This document shows positions 7,864-18,100 of a DNA stretch of 51,798 bases, one piece after another. Position numbers and translations under genes: made by a program. The stretch comes from a virus (taxonomy: Duplodnaviria > Caudoviricetes). The notes under the pieces were generated by a model. That model was not told the DNA's origin and made no database searches. It was given only the letters and a program-made list of their open reading frames with translations. The DNA is taken from positions 1 to 51,798 of the IMG/VR virus record IMGVR_UViG_3300035322_000166. One strand, 5' to 3'. Positions within the stretch are counted from its first letter, which is position 1, and every line of letters begins with the position of its first letter.

Positions 7864-10451
7864 TGAAAGATAGACGTAGTAATAAAAATTTAGCATCAGA
7901 AAAATTGAATAATGCTGGTCCTTATGAAGCATTAATTGTAAGTCATCTTGATCCATATTATGGCGGCGGTTTAGAAGTTGAACTTTTAAAAAGTAGTTCT
8001 GCTGGTAATAGTCCTGAAAAATCAGGACAACTAATTACTGTAAAATATTTAAGTCCGTTTTACGGAGTTACACCTCTTGCAGGAAGTGGTAAAAAAGATC
8101 AATACAATGCAACACAAAAAAGCTATGGCTTTTGGGCAGTTCCACCTGATATAGGAACAAAGGTATTAGTTATTTTTGCAGAAGGTAAATTAAATCAAGG
8201 TTACTGGATAGGATGTGTGCAAGATACACATATGAATTTTATGGTTCCTGACGGTAGGGCAACAACTGGTTATAATACTGTAGGTGATAAACTTCCAGTA
8301 GGAGAATTTAACAAGCTACTAGAAACAAGAGGAGATCATCCAACAGCATTTAATAAACCTATAAATGTAGATTATGCAAATCGAATGTTTAATCAAGGAT
8401 TAGATAAAGACGAAACTAGGGGCCTTTCTACATCATCGGCTAGACGTGGTGCTATTTCAAATGTATATGGATGGAATACTCCTGGACCTGTAGATAAACG
8501 TCCTAGTTCTCCTAAGGTTAGATACGGCGATAAAGACCATAAAGCTACAATACCTGTCAATCGTTTAGGTGGTTCTAGTTTTGTAATGGACGACGGTGAC
8601 GAAACCCAGTTACGACGAGGACCGGCTAAAGATACGCCAATGGAGTATACCAATCAACGTGCTGGCGAATCTGGCGGGGATAAAACTTTACCTGCAAATG
8701 AACTTACTAGAATTAGAACAAGAACAGGGCATCAAATTTTACTGCACAATACAGAAGATTTAATTTATATATCGCACGGTAGTGGTGATAGTTGGATTGA
8801 ATTAACAGCAAACGGAAAAATTGATATCTATGCAAAAGATAGTATTAGTATTCATAGCTCTCAAGATTTAAATTTTACAGCAGATAGAGATATTAACTTT
8901 ACAGCAATACGAGATCTAAACACTGTTGTAGGAAGAAATCATAACGAATCAGCGGGTGATCAGCGTAATGTTAAAACAGGCACACATACAGCATTTAGTG
9001 CAGGTACAAGTTTTAATGCAAATGCACAAAGCACAGTATCTTTATATAGTGAAGCAAGTACAACTATTTTAGCACAAGACGAAATGACTATGCAAAGTAG
9101 TGGTAATTTATTTTTAGGTACAACTAGTAACATGAACATAGATGCTTGTGCAGGATTAAAAATAACCACTGACGGAGATAATCATATAAAAGCCGTAGGT
9201 AATTTAATTGTAAACTCTGATGCTGCAATTGATGTAAAGTCTGCAACTAACACTAAATTAACATCTGGGGAGCAGACAGATATACATGCTGGAACAGCAG
9301 CATTAGTAACAGCAGCTGGCGGAGGTTTAGACTTACGTGCAAGTTCTAATATAACCCAAACAGGTGCAGAAATACATTTAAATGGACCAGGAGCAGCAAC
9401 AGCAGCAACAGCAACAGATGCAGAAGTAGCAGATGCTGCTGCTCCAGTGCTTCCTGTACCGCCTCAGCAGGCATTACAAACTACACGTAGGCCTAATCAC
9501 GAACCTTGGTACGAACACGAAAATTATAACCCAGCTGCATATACTCCGGAGAAAACAGAAGCTGGACAAGCATCAACTGACAGCTATGCGCCCGAACGTC
9601 CAGATACGTTCTTAAGAAATAGCAATGTTACCGGAACGAATGTACCTTCTGGAACAGCAGCAAACACATTTGGCAACGTAGCACCTAATGGATCTATAGC
9701 TGCAAGTAACACACCAGGAGGTGTAACAAGTTCACCTACACTAGGAGGAACACAAATTCCTACTGGGACTCCTGAAGAAATATCAGATAAAAAAGAGCGT
9801 GCAAGAATTTTTGCAAATTCTTTAAGAACTATTGCAGGATTTAACGATGAATTTATAAAAGCAGCTATTGTTTGTGCTAATACAGAAAGTAAGATTACTG
9901 CTACTGAAGAATCTAGTTATGCAGGAACAAGTAACGATAGAATTAGATCTATTTTTAGTGCTGCAAGAACTGTAAGTGATTCACAACTTACATCTATAAA
10001 GGCAGACAAGTTTCAATTTTTTGAATTAGTATACGGTTATCAAAGTAGAATAGGACCGGGCATGGGCAATGACGCAGCAGGTGATGGAGGAAACTACATT
10101 GGTAGAGGACTTATTCAGCTAACTGGTAAAGCAAATTATGAGCGTTACGGAAAACTTGCAGGATTGACAAACGCACCAATTACAGACGATAATCCGTTTG
10201 GTGTTGATATTATAGTTGATCCTGGATTATTACTTACAGACTTTAAATTGTCTTGTGATGTCTCTGCAGCCTATTTAAAAGATAGATATAAAGATAAAGG
10301 CCGCGGTATTCTAGGTAATATGAGACTTTGTATTGCAGGTACAGAAGGTGGTTATAATTTAGGCATTAGTAAAGACAGACAATTTGCAGGTGTTGTAGAT
10401 GCAGATGATACTTGGTATAATGCACCAACAAATAATAGAGGATTTGGATAA
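7863..10451 (+). CDS. gp5: Baseplate central spike (gp5-like OB fold and beta-helix) fused to a C-terminal GH19 glycoside hydrolase
   Basis: OB-fold motif GFWAVPPDIGTKVLVIF...YWIG; RTRTGHQILLH followed by beta-strand repeats; Pro/Thr/Ala linker; GH19 motifs NTES...EE..Y and GDGGNYIGRGLIQLTGKANY. Confidence 0.85.
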   Translation: MKDRRSNKNLASEKLNNAGPYEALIVSHLDPYYGGGLEVELLKSSSAGNSPEKSGQLITVKYLSPFYGVTPLAGSGKKDQYNATQKSYGFWAVPPDIGTKVLVIFAEGKLNQGYWIGCVQDTHMNFMVPDGRATTGYNTVGDKLPVGEFNKLLETRGDHPTAFNKPINVDYANRMFNQGLDKDETRGLSTSSARRGAISNVYGWNTPGPVDKRPSSPKVRYGDKDHKATIPVNRLGGSSFVMDDGDETQLRRGPAKDTPMEYTNQRAGESGGDKTLPANELTRIRTRTGHQILLHNTEDLIYISHGSGDSWIELTANGKIDIYAKDSISIHSSQDLNFTADRDINFTAIRDLNTVVGRNHNESAGDQRNVKTGTHTAFSAGTSFNANAQSTVSLYSEASTTILAQDEMTMQSSGNLFLGTTSNMNIDACAGLKITTDGDNHIKAVGNLIVNSDAAIDVKSATNTKLTSGEQTDIHAGTAALVTAAGGGLDLRASSNITQTGAEIHLNGPGAATAATATDAEVADAAAPVLPVPPQQALQTTRRPNHEPWYEHENYNPAAYTPEKTEAGQASTDSYAPERPDTFLRNSNVTGTNVPSGTAANTFGNVAPNGSIAASNTPGGVTSSPTLGGTQIPTGTPEEISDKKERARIFANSLRTIAGFNDEFIKAAIVCANTESKITATEESSYAGTSNDRIRSIFSAARTVSDSQLTSIKADKFQFFELVYGYQSRIGPGMGNDAAGDGGNYIGRGLIQLTGKANYERYGKLAGLTNAPITDDNPFGVDIIVDPGLLLTDFKLSCDVSAAYLKDRYKDKGRGILGNMRLCIAGTEGGYNLGISKDRQFAGVVDADDTWYNAPTNNRGFG

Positions 10452-11254
10452 TGTGTAATGTATTAATTCCAGCAAGTGAAGTTATTAGTCCTAACATTCC
10501 GATATATACAGATGAAATTCCTGATTTAGAAAGTCAACGGTTTGCTTATGATGATCCATTTGAGCAAAACTTAGAAGGCGATGTAGTATCTAACCAACAA
10601 TTTTTATCTTACAGTAATCAAAGTGGTAGACAAGATACTCAATCAGGCGGCATACCGGGGCAAGAACAAGGTACTATTGCTGGAGCTGAAGTTACAGGTC
10701 CTGTACCTCAAAATCCTGGTTACGAACGATTAGTTGCGTTACTACAAAATTGCTTATCACAAGACTGGACAGAAAAAGGCAATCCGGGTAATCCTAGAAT
10801 ATTACAAACATATAGAGTTTGTAATCAATCTTATGATAGGGATAGTAGTGCTATGGCTTATGCATGGTGCGCAGCGTATGTAAGTTGGGCTTTAGATGAA
10901 GCTGGAATTGGTGGACTTAAATCAATGAGCTCACAAGCGTACAAAAATTACGGTGCAGAGGTTGGATGGCGTAATACATCTCAAATACGCAAAGGCGATG
11001 TTGTAGTATTTAAATCAAAAACTAGAGGCGGCGGCCATGTAGGGTTTGTATGGGAAGTTGATCCAAAAAATAAACGTTTTAAAGTATTAGGCGGAAACCA
11101 AGGTGATAATGCAAAAATAAGTAATTATAGATTCGAGTCAAACAGTCAGTATACTTTAACAATTAGGCGCAATTGGGCAATACCTGCCGAGTTAGATGTA
11201 CCAATAGACGGATCAACTATTGACAATACTGGCGGCGAAGATAGTACAGTGTAA
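10451..11254 (+). CDS. CHAP/NlpC-P60-like cysteine peptidase/amidase (TIGR02594-like)
   Basis: AWCAAYVSWAL, GDVVVF, GHVGFV and VLGGNQ give a Cys-His dyad; TAATG coupling to gp5. Confidence 0.85.
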   Translation: MCNVLIPASEVISPNIPIYTDEIPDLESQRFAYDDPFEQNLEGDVVSNQQFLSYSNQSGRQDTQSGGIPGQEQGTIAGAEVTGPVPQNPGYERLVALLQNCLSQDWTEKGNPGNPRILQTYRVCNQSYDRDSSAMAYAWCAAYVSWALDEAGIGGLKSMSSQAYKNYGAEVGWRNTSQIRKGDVVVFKSKTRGGGHVGFVWEVDPKNKRFKVLGGNQGDNAKISNYRFESNSQYTLTIRRNWAIPAELDVPIDGSTIDNTGGEDSTV

Positions 11255-11263
11255 GGAAATAAA

Positions 11264-11698
11264 ATGGCACAAAAAGAATTATACAAAAAAGTAAAGATTA
11301 AAAAAACTATCACAGAGGACAAATCAGTACAAACTTGGTATAAAGGGTTTAGTACAGCTAATCCTGATAATAAAAGTTATAAGTTATATGATATTGCTTT
11401 AATCAAACAGGACATCATAAATCATTTTCATATACGAAAAGGTGAAAAATTAAGTGATCCTGATTTTGGCACAATAATATGGGACATATTATTTGAGCCA
11501 TTAACAGAGCAACTAAAACAAGCTGTGATATCAGATGTAAACAGAGTATTGCAAACTGAAACTAGAGTATCTATAAACGAAGTTATTGTTACTGAGTACG
11601 AAAATGGATTACAAATTGAAGCTACACTTACATATTTGCCTTACAATATTACTGAATCTTTACGCTTTTCTTTTGATCAAAACAACGGATTAATATAA
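11264..11698 (+). CDS. gp25: Baseplate wedge/sheath initiator, gp25-like
   Basis: IKQDIINHFHIRKGEKLSDPDFGTIIWDILFEPL matches the GPW/gp25 family pattern; followed by gp6. Confidence 0.9.
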   Translation: MAQKELYKKVKIKKTITEDKSVQTWYKGFSTANPDNKSYKLYDIALIKQDIINHFHIRKGEKLSDPDFGTIIWDILFEPLTEQLKQAVISDVNRVLQTETRVSINEVIVTEYENGLQIEATLTYLPYNITESLRFSFDQNNGLI

Positions 11699-11716
11699 TA
11701 GCACTTAACAGCTTAC

Positions 11717-11724
11717 GATAAATA
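11717..11724 (+). promoter_or_regulatory. Putative late promoter GATAAATA
   Basis: Intergenic, upstream of the AAGGA Shine-Dalgarno and the gp6 ATG; one mismatch to TATAAATA. Confidence 0.6.
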
Positions 11725-11749
11725 TTAGTAGATAAAATAAGGAACGAAA

Positions 11750-14700
11750 ATGTCATCAACCGATAGACAAAACAGACTTTTAGTTGCTGAAGATTGGAAA
11801 AGAATTTACCAATCATTCCGCAATGCAGACTTCAAAAGTTACGATTTTGATAATTTAAGACGTACTTTGATAAATTACCTTAGGGAGAATTATCCTGAGG
11901 ATTTTAACGATTATATTGAATCTTCGGAGTACCTTGCACTTATCGATATGATTTGCTTTTTGGGTCAAAACCTTTCGTTCCGTATTGACTTAAATGCAAG
12001 AGAAAACTTCTTAGAACTAGCAGAACGTAGAGAAAGTATACTGCGCCTAGCTAGATTATTAAGCTATAATGCAAAACGTAATTTACCTGCTAATGGTTTA
12101 CTAAAAGTCGAGTCAATTAAAACAACTGAAGATGTAATCGACGCTAATGGTTCAAACATTAGCCGTCAAAGTATTCTATGGAATGACAACACAAATCCTG
12201 ATTGGTACGAGCAGTTTACAAAAGTTTTAAATGCAGCATTACCTACAACAAACAAATTTGGACGTCCTATACAATCGGCTGCTGTAAACAATATACCTAG
12301 CCAGCAATATAAAGTTAACGGAGCGTCAACTGACTTACCAGTTTATAGATTTTCAAAAGTTATAGACGGTAAGAACGTTCCATTCGAAGTTGTGTCTGCA
12401 GAAATAAGCGGTAATGAAATATTAGAAGAGCCACCGTTAGCAGGTAATAACTTAGGATTTTTGTTTAGAGATGATAACAAAGGATTTGGTAGTTCAAACA
12501 CAGGATTCTTTTTACATTTTAGACAAGGTTTATTAGAAGATGGAACATTCACTATTGACACACCTTCTACAAATCAAGCAATTAGTATAGACAGTCCAAA
12601 CATTAACAATACAGATGTTTGGCTATATCAACTGAATACAGCAGGATTTGAAACAGATTTATGGGACAAAGTAGATAGTGCAAAAGGATCTAATGTAGTT
12701 TATAATAGTTTGTCTAGTACAACAAAAAATATATACAGCATTGTAACAAGATTAGATGATAGAATTGATCTTATGTTTAGTGATGGTATATTTGGCAACT
12801 TACCACAAGGAACCTTTAAAACATATTTTAGAACTAGCGCAAATACTTCTTTGAATATTACACCTGCTAGTATGCAAAAAATTACAATTGATGTAGACTA
12901 TCTTTCAGGGCAAGGCATTGAAGAAACACTTACTTTTGAACTGAGTTTAAAATATACTGTACTTAATAGTTCGGCATCTGAAACAAATGAAAATATTAAA
13001 TTAAATGCTCCGGCTGTTTACTATACACAAAATAGAATGGTAACTGCTGAAGATTATAATATTGTTCCTGCAACAACAAGTCAAGAAATTATTAAAACAA
13101 AAAGTGTAAACAGAACGTCCAGCGGTATTAGTAGATATTTTGACTTAATAGATGCAACTGGAAAATATAGTAAAACGAACATATATGGGAATGATGGAAT
13201 ATTATATAAAGAATATTACAACGACACACAAGGTGTTTCCTTTACAACAAGAAATGATATTGAAAATGTAATACTAAACACAGTTCAACCTATACTTGCT
13301 AAAAAACAAGTAAGAAACTTTTACTATGATAAATTTACACGTATTGATTTTAGTCTAAACAATTATGAATGGACACAAGCTACTAGTGGAACTAATGAAA
13401 GTAGCGGTGCATTTAGTGACGGTGACTTAGATGGTTTAGCACTAAAAACAGGAGGTTTTACAAGCACAAGTTTAAAATATCTAACAGTTGGATCAATGGT
13501 AAAATTTGTTCCACCAACTGGCTTTCATTTTATGAAAGATAAAAATAATATACTAATGTCTACAACGGCTGAATCACATGCTGGCCAAGTTGATTATATT
13601 TGGGCAAAAGTAGTAAGCATAGCAAATGATGGCAGTGGTGCTGGTGAGATAGTTTTTAATGATAACATTCCTTCATTGGCTGCTGCAAAACCAAAAATTA
13701 AAGAAATTATTCCTGCGCTAACTACAGTCTTAAGTGCTGATATAAAGTCACAAATGATTGATAGAATGTTTACATACAAAACATTTGCACTACGTTATGA
13801 TTATCTAACGGAACGTTGGAAAATTATCACAGAAGATAATGTTAATTTTAACGCTGAGTTTGGTTTAGGACGAGCCGGCGATGTTGCTAACCAAAGTTTA
13901 GATGCAAGTTGGTTATTATTGTTTGAAACAAATGGTGAAACCTATACAATTACAACAAGGTCAATGCGTTATGTATTTGAATCTGACGAAGAAGTTAGAT
14001 TTTTCTTTGACGGAAGAGATAAAATTTATAATAACAAAACAGGCAATACACTTATTGACACAATAAGAGTTTTAAATATTAATACTAAATTAGATAGTCA
14101 GCAACTAACCCCATTTACAACAGACTTTGATTGGGAAATTTCAGAATCTTTTAGAGACAGTGAAGGTTATGTAAGTAGTAAAAAAATAGAAGTTAATTTC
14201 TTTGATAAGGATGATGATGGTGTTGTAGATGATCCTGATATATTTAAACAAATAGTGTTACCAGAAATTAACGAAGCTGAAAAAATTATAATGTTGAAAA
14301 AATATAATCCTACGCAGTCTGTAGAAGATTATAGATATACAGACGGAGCAGATGTTTATAAAGTAAACAGTTTAGACTTTGCAGTAAGCGGTTACGACGA
14401 AGGTGATGTATTTTATGTAACAACTACTAACACATTTTATAAGTTAGAAAACCAAGTTTTACAAATTACTAACGATTATAAATCATATGTTGGCAGAGCA
14501 AAAATTAAATTCCAATACATACATAATGCAGATGAAAACTACAGAATAGATCCTAGTAGTACTAATATTATCGAGACGTACTTGCTTACTAAAACATACG
14601 ATACAGAGTATAGACAATACCTAAATGGTGTGCTATCGAGAGCACCGTTGCCATTAAGTTCAGATCAAATGTTTTTAAACTTTGGACAAACTATTAATGC

Positions 14701-15196
14701 ACAAAAATCTATTAGTGATGAGGTAATTTATCATCCAGTAAAATATAAACCATTATTTGGACCAGAGGCATCATCAGAGTTGCAAGCAAAATTTAAAATA
14801 GTAAAAAATGAAGATATTGTAATTACAGACAACCAACTAAAGGCAGATGTAATAACATATATAAATCAATTTTTTGCTTTAGAGAATTGGGAATTTGGTG
14901 ATACATTTTATTTCCAAGAATTAGCTGCATATGTAACTACAAAAACGGCACCTAATTTGAAAACATTTGTTATTGTACCAGAAAATGTTAATCAGACGTT
15001 TGGTAGTTTATTTGAAATAAAAGCAGAAGATGATGAAATTTTTGTAAGTGCAGCAGGAGTTGATGATGTAGAAGTGATATCTGCTATCACAGCAACAAGA
15101 CTGAAAGCATCGGGTAATATTGTAACAAGCGATACAAGCTCTACAATAGGTGTTCAAAGTTCAGTAACAGATTTTAGTGCCGGAGGCTATGAATAA
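11750..15196 (+). CDS. gp6: Baseplate wedge subunit, gp6-like (enlarged)
   Basis: YDFDNLRRTLINYL, ENFLELAERRESILRLARLLSYN, FSDGIFG and AVYYTQNRMVTAEDY are gp6/baseplate-J hallmarks. Confidence 0.88.
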   Translation: MSSTDRQNRLLVAEDWKRIYQSFRNADFKSYDFDNLRRTLINYLRENYPEDFNDYIESSEYLALIDMICFLGQNLSFRIDLNARENFLELAERRESILRLARLLSYNAKRNLPANGLLKVESIKTTEDVIDANGSNISRQSILWNDNTNPDWYEQFTKVLNAALPTTNKFGRPIQSAAVNNIPSQQYKVNGASTDLPVYRFSKVIDGKNVPFEVVSAEISGNEILEEPPLAGNNLGFLFRDDNKGFGSSNTGFFLHFRQGLLEDGTFTIDTPSTNQAISIDSPNINNTDVWLYQLNTAGFETDLWDKVDSAKGSNVVYNSLSSTTKNIYSIVTRLDDRIDLMFSDGIFGNLPQGTFKTYFRTSANTSLNITPASMQKITIDVDYLSGQGIEETLTFELSLKYTVLNSSASETNENIKLNAPAVYYTQNRMVTAEDYNIVPATTSQEIIKTKSVNRTSSGISRYFDLIDATGKYSKTNIYGNDGILYKEYYNDTQGVSFTTRNDIENVILNTVQPILAKKQVRNFYYDKFTRIDFSLNNYEWTQATSGTNESSGAFSDGDLDGLALKTGGFTSTSLKYLTVGSMVKFVPPTGFHFMKDKNNILMSTTAESHAGQVDYIWAKVVSIANDGSGAGEIVFNDNIPSLAAAKPKIKEIIPALTTVLSADIKSQMIDRMFTYKTFALRYDYLTERWKIITEDNVNFNAEFGLGRAGDVANQSLDASWLLLFETNGETYTITTRSMRYVFESDEEVRFFFDGRDKIYNNKTGNTLIDTIRVLNINTKLDSQQLTPFTTDFDWEISESFRDSEGYVSSKKIEVNFFDKDDDGVVDDPDIFKQIVLPEINEAEKIIMLKKYNPTQSVEDYRYTDGADVYKVNSLDFAVSGYDEGDVFYVTTTNTFYKLENQVLQITNDYKSYVGRAKIKFQYIHNADENYRIDPSSTNIIETYLLTKTYDTEYRQYLNGVLSRAPLPLSSDQMFLNFGQTINAQKSISDEVIYHPVKYKPLFGPEASSELQAKFKIVKNEDIVITDNQLKADVITYINQFFALENWEFGDTFYFQELAAYVTTKTAPNLKTFVIVPENVNQTFGSLFEIKAEDDEIFVSAAGVDDVEVISAITATRLKASGNIVTSDTSSTIGVQSSVTDFSAGGYE

Positions 15197-15199
15197 AAA

Positions 15200-18100
15200 A
15201 TGGATAATAATCAAAACGAATATCCAATCAGTGATGATAAAAATAAATCAGATAAATTTATTCCTAAGTATTTTAGAACGCTTCCAAACAAGAAGTTTTT
15301 GTCTGCAACTGTAGATCAACTAATTCAACAAGGCGCAGCTGAAAAAATTAATGCGTACTTTGGCTTAAAAACTGCAAAGGCATATACAACTACAGATAAC
15401 TATGCATCAGAAACAAATAGTGCAAGGAATAATTATCAATTTGCTCCTGCAACTATAAGTGTTGACGAATTACAAAATGTAAATTTTTATAAAGATTATG
15501 TTGATTATATTAATCAAATTAAAAATTTAAAAGGTACTGTTAGTAATCATTCAAATATAAACGAACAAGAATATTATAGTTTAGAACCGCATATTGATTT
15601 TGATAAATTTACAAATTATAGAGAATATTATTGGTTACCTTACGGACCTCAAACAATTCCAATTGGAGGCAACAGTATTACAACTACTAGTACATATACT
15701 GTTACTAGAAAAGATAATGTTGATAATTTTTCATATGTGTTTAATCCAAATGGCTTAACAAGTAATCCTGATATTAAACTATTAAGAGGACAAACATATG
15801 TGTTTGAAATTGATGCACCTGGCATGCCTATGGAAGTTAGAACACAGCGTCCAGGTACTGAAGAATTCAAGTACACAGACGGCATAACAAATGTAATACA
15901 TGATGATGGAACACAGACACTTACTATTGAAGTTCCAACAAATGCACCTGAAATATTATATTATGTAAATTCAAACGATATAAATCAAAGTGGTATATTT
16001 AAAATCCTTAATGTAGAAGATGCATTTAATATTAATATTGATGAAGAACTTATTGGAAAGAAAACTTATACAAGTGGAAATGGTATTGAATTATCTAATG
16101 GTATGAAAGTACGATTTACTGGTGATGTTGTTCCAGAAGAATATGCAACAGGCGAATGGTATGTTGAAGGTGTTGGTAATAAAATTGAACTTATACCAGA
16201 AGCAGAATTATACATACCAACAGTTTATAATGATAATTTAAACATACCGTTTGACAGTGAACGTTTTGATAGACTACCATTTGATGATGCTAGTGGTTAT
16301 GCCGGTACAAAAGATTATATTGTTTCGAATAGAGCAAGTAAGGATAAAAACTATTGGACACGATCAAACAAATGGTTTCATAAAAGTGTAATAGAAACTG
16401 CTGCTGCTGCTAACAATCAAGTAGTAGTTATAAATGAAGATCTAAAAGCAAAAAAACCTATTATAGAATTTGCTGCAAATTTAAAATTATCAAATTTTGG
16501 AACAGCTACGAAAAAAGATGTAGACTTAGTTGACAATATTACAACAGATGTTTTTAGTATTATAGAAGGTAAAGCAACTTATAATATTGACGGTATTGAT
16601 ATTGTTCCAGGCATGCGTATTTTGTTTACAGCAGATACAGATGTACTAGTAAAAAATAAAATATATGAAGTTAAAAAAATTAGATTCATAAACAATAGCC
16701 AGTTAACATTGCAAGAAACTGAAGACACTGATCCTATTGTAAATCAAAATCTTTTAGTAAAGAACGGCGTTAATTTTCAAGGTAAAATACTTTATTATAC
16801 TGGCACTGCGTGGGAAGAAGCACAGAGAAAAACACAAGTTAACCAAGAACCATTTTTTGAACTGTTTACCCAAGATGGTATAAGCACACAGACATTAGAA
16901 AGTGTTAGTCAAATAGGTACAAAGATACTTTCTTATCAAAAAGGCACAGGTGTAATTGATCCTGAATTAGGATTTAGTATATCTTATAGAAGTATTGAAA
17001 ACATAGGTGATATAGAATTTAATTTTAATTTACTTTCAGATATTTTAGAATATACAATTAATAATACAAGACAAAAAGTCAACGCAGATCAGCTTTTAAT
17101 TAGGAAGTATTCTGATATTGATACATTTGAATATACAAATGCTTGGATCAAAGCACCATATTTAAGTAGACAACCTGTTATTAACCAAGTTATTGCCGAA
17201 GACGCTCAAACTGTGTTTCCTATTAATGTTTATGATAATAGTGCAAGTGTAGATGACCTATGGATTAGAGTGTTTATAAATAATTCTCTTACAACAGATT
17301 ATACAATTACAAATATAAATGGTGTTGCTAATGTAGTTCTTAATACTCCTTTAAAAGAAAAGGATATAGTTTTATTAAAAACTCATAGTAGTGTTGCAAA
17401 AAATAATAATGGTCATTACGAAACACCTATAAATTTAACTAATAATCCTGATAACCAAGATATTGAATCGTTTACATTCGGAGAAATGATCGATCATGTA
17501 TCTACAGTAATCGAAGAACTTAATTTACCAGGCTCTTTTCCTGGTGTTAGTAAATTAAGAGATAAAGGGTTTGTTGCTAAACACGGAAAACGTTTTGTAC
17601 AACATAGTGCTCCTTTAAACTTTGCAAATTTTCATTTAAACGACGAAAATGCAAATATAATAAAAGCAATAGAATACAATAAAAGAGAATACGGTAAGTT
17701 TAAAAGAGAATTTCTAGATGTTGCTAATGATTTAGGATTTGATGGAGACGTAAAAACCCATGTAGATAAAGTATTAGAACGTATTAATCTAAACAAAAAC
17801 AATAGTATGCCGTTTTATTTCAGTGATATGTTAGCATATGGATTATGTGTTTCAACTGAGCACGAAGTATTTGATGAAAATAATAGATTTTACCCATTAT
17901 CAACAAATTTTAATTTAACTGATCTATCTATAAGAAGTGTTAATGTTTATCATAACGATGTACAAATAGCACATCAACAAGATTATACTTTTAACGAAGA
18001 TGGATTTGTTGTATTATCAGAAGATTATATTGTAGCCTATGAGGATATAATAACCATTTGCGAGTATAGCAATACTGATGGATCTTATATACCACCTACA

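Noticed and set aside
9433-9615. Alternative-frame ORF inside the gp5 linker, considered as a frameshift product
   Set aside because: No slippery site or Shine-Dalgarno was recognised, and the length is within chance.
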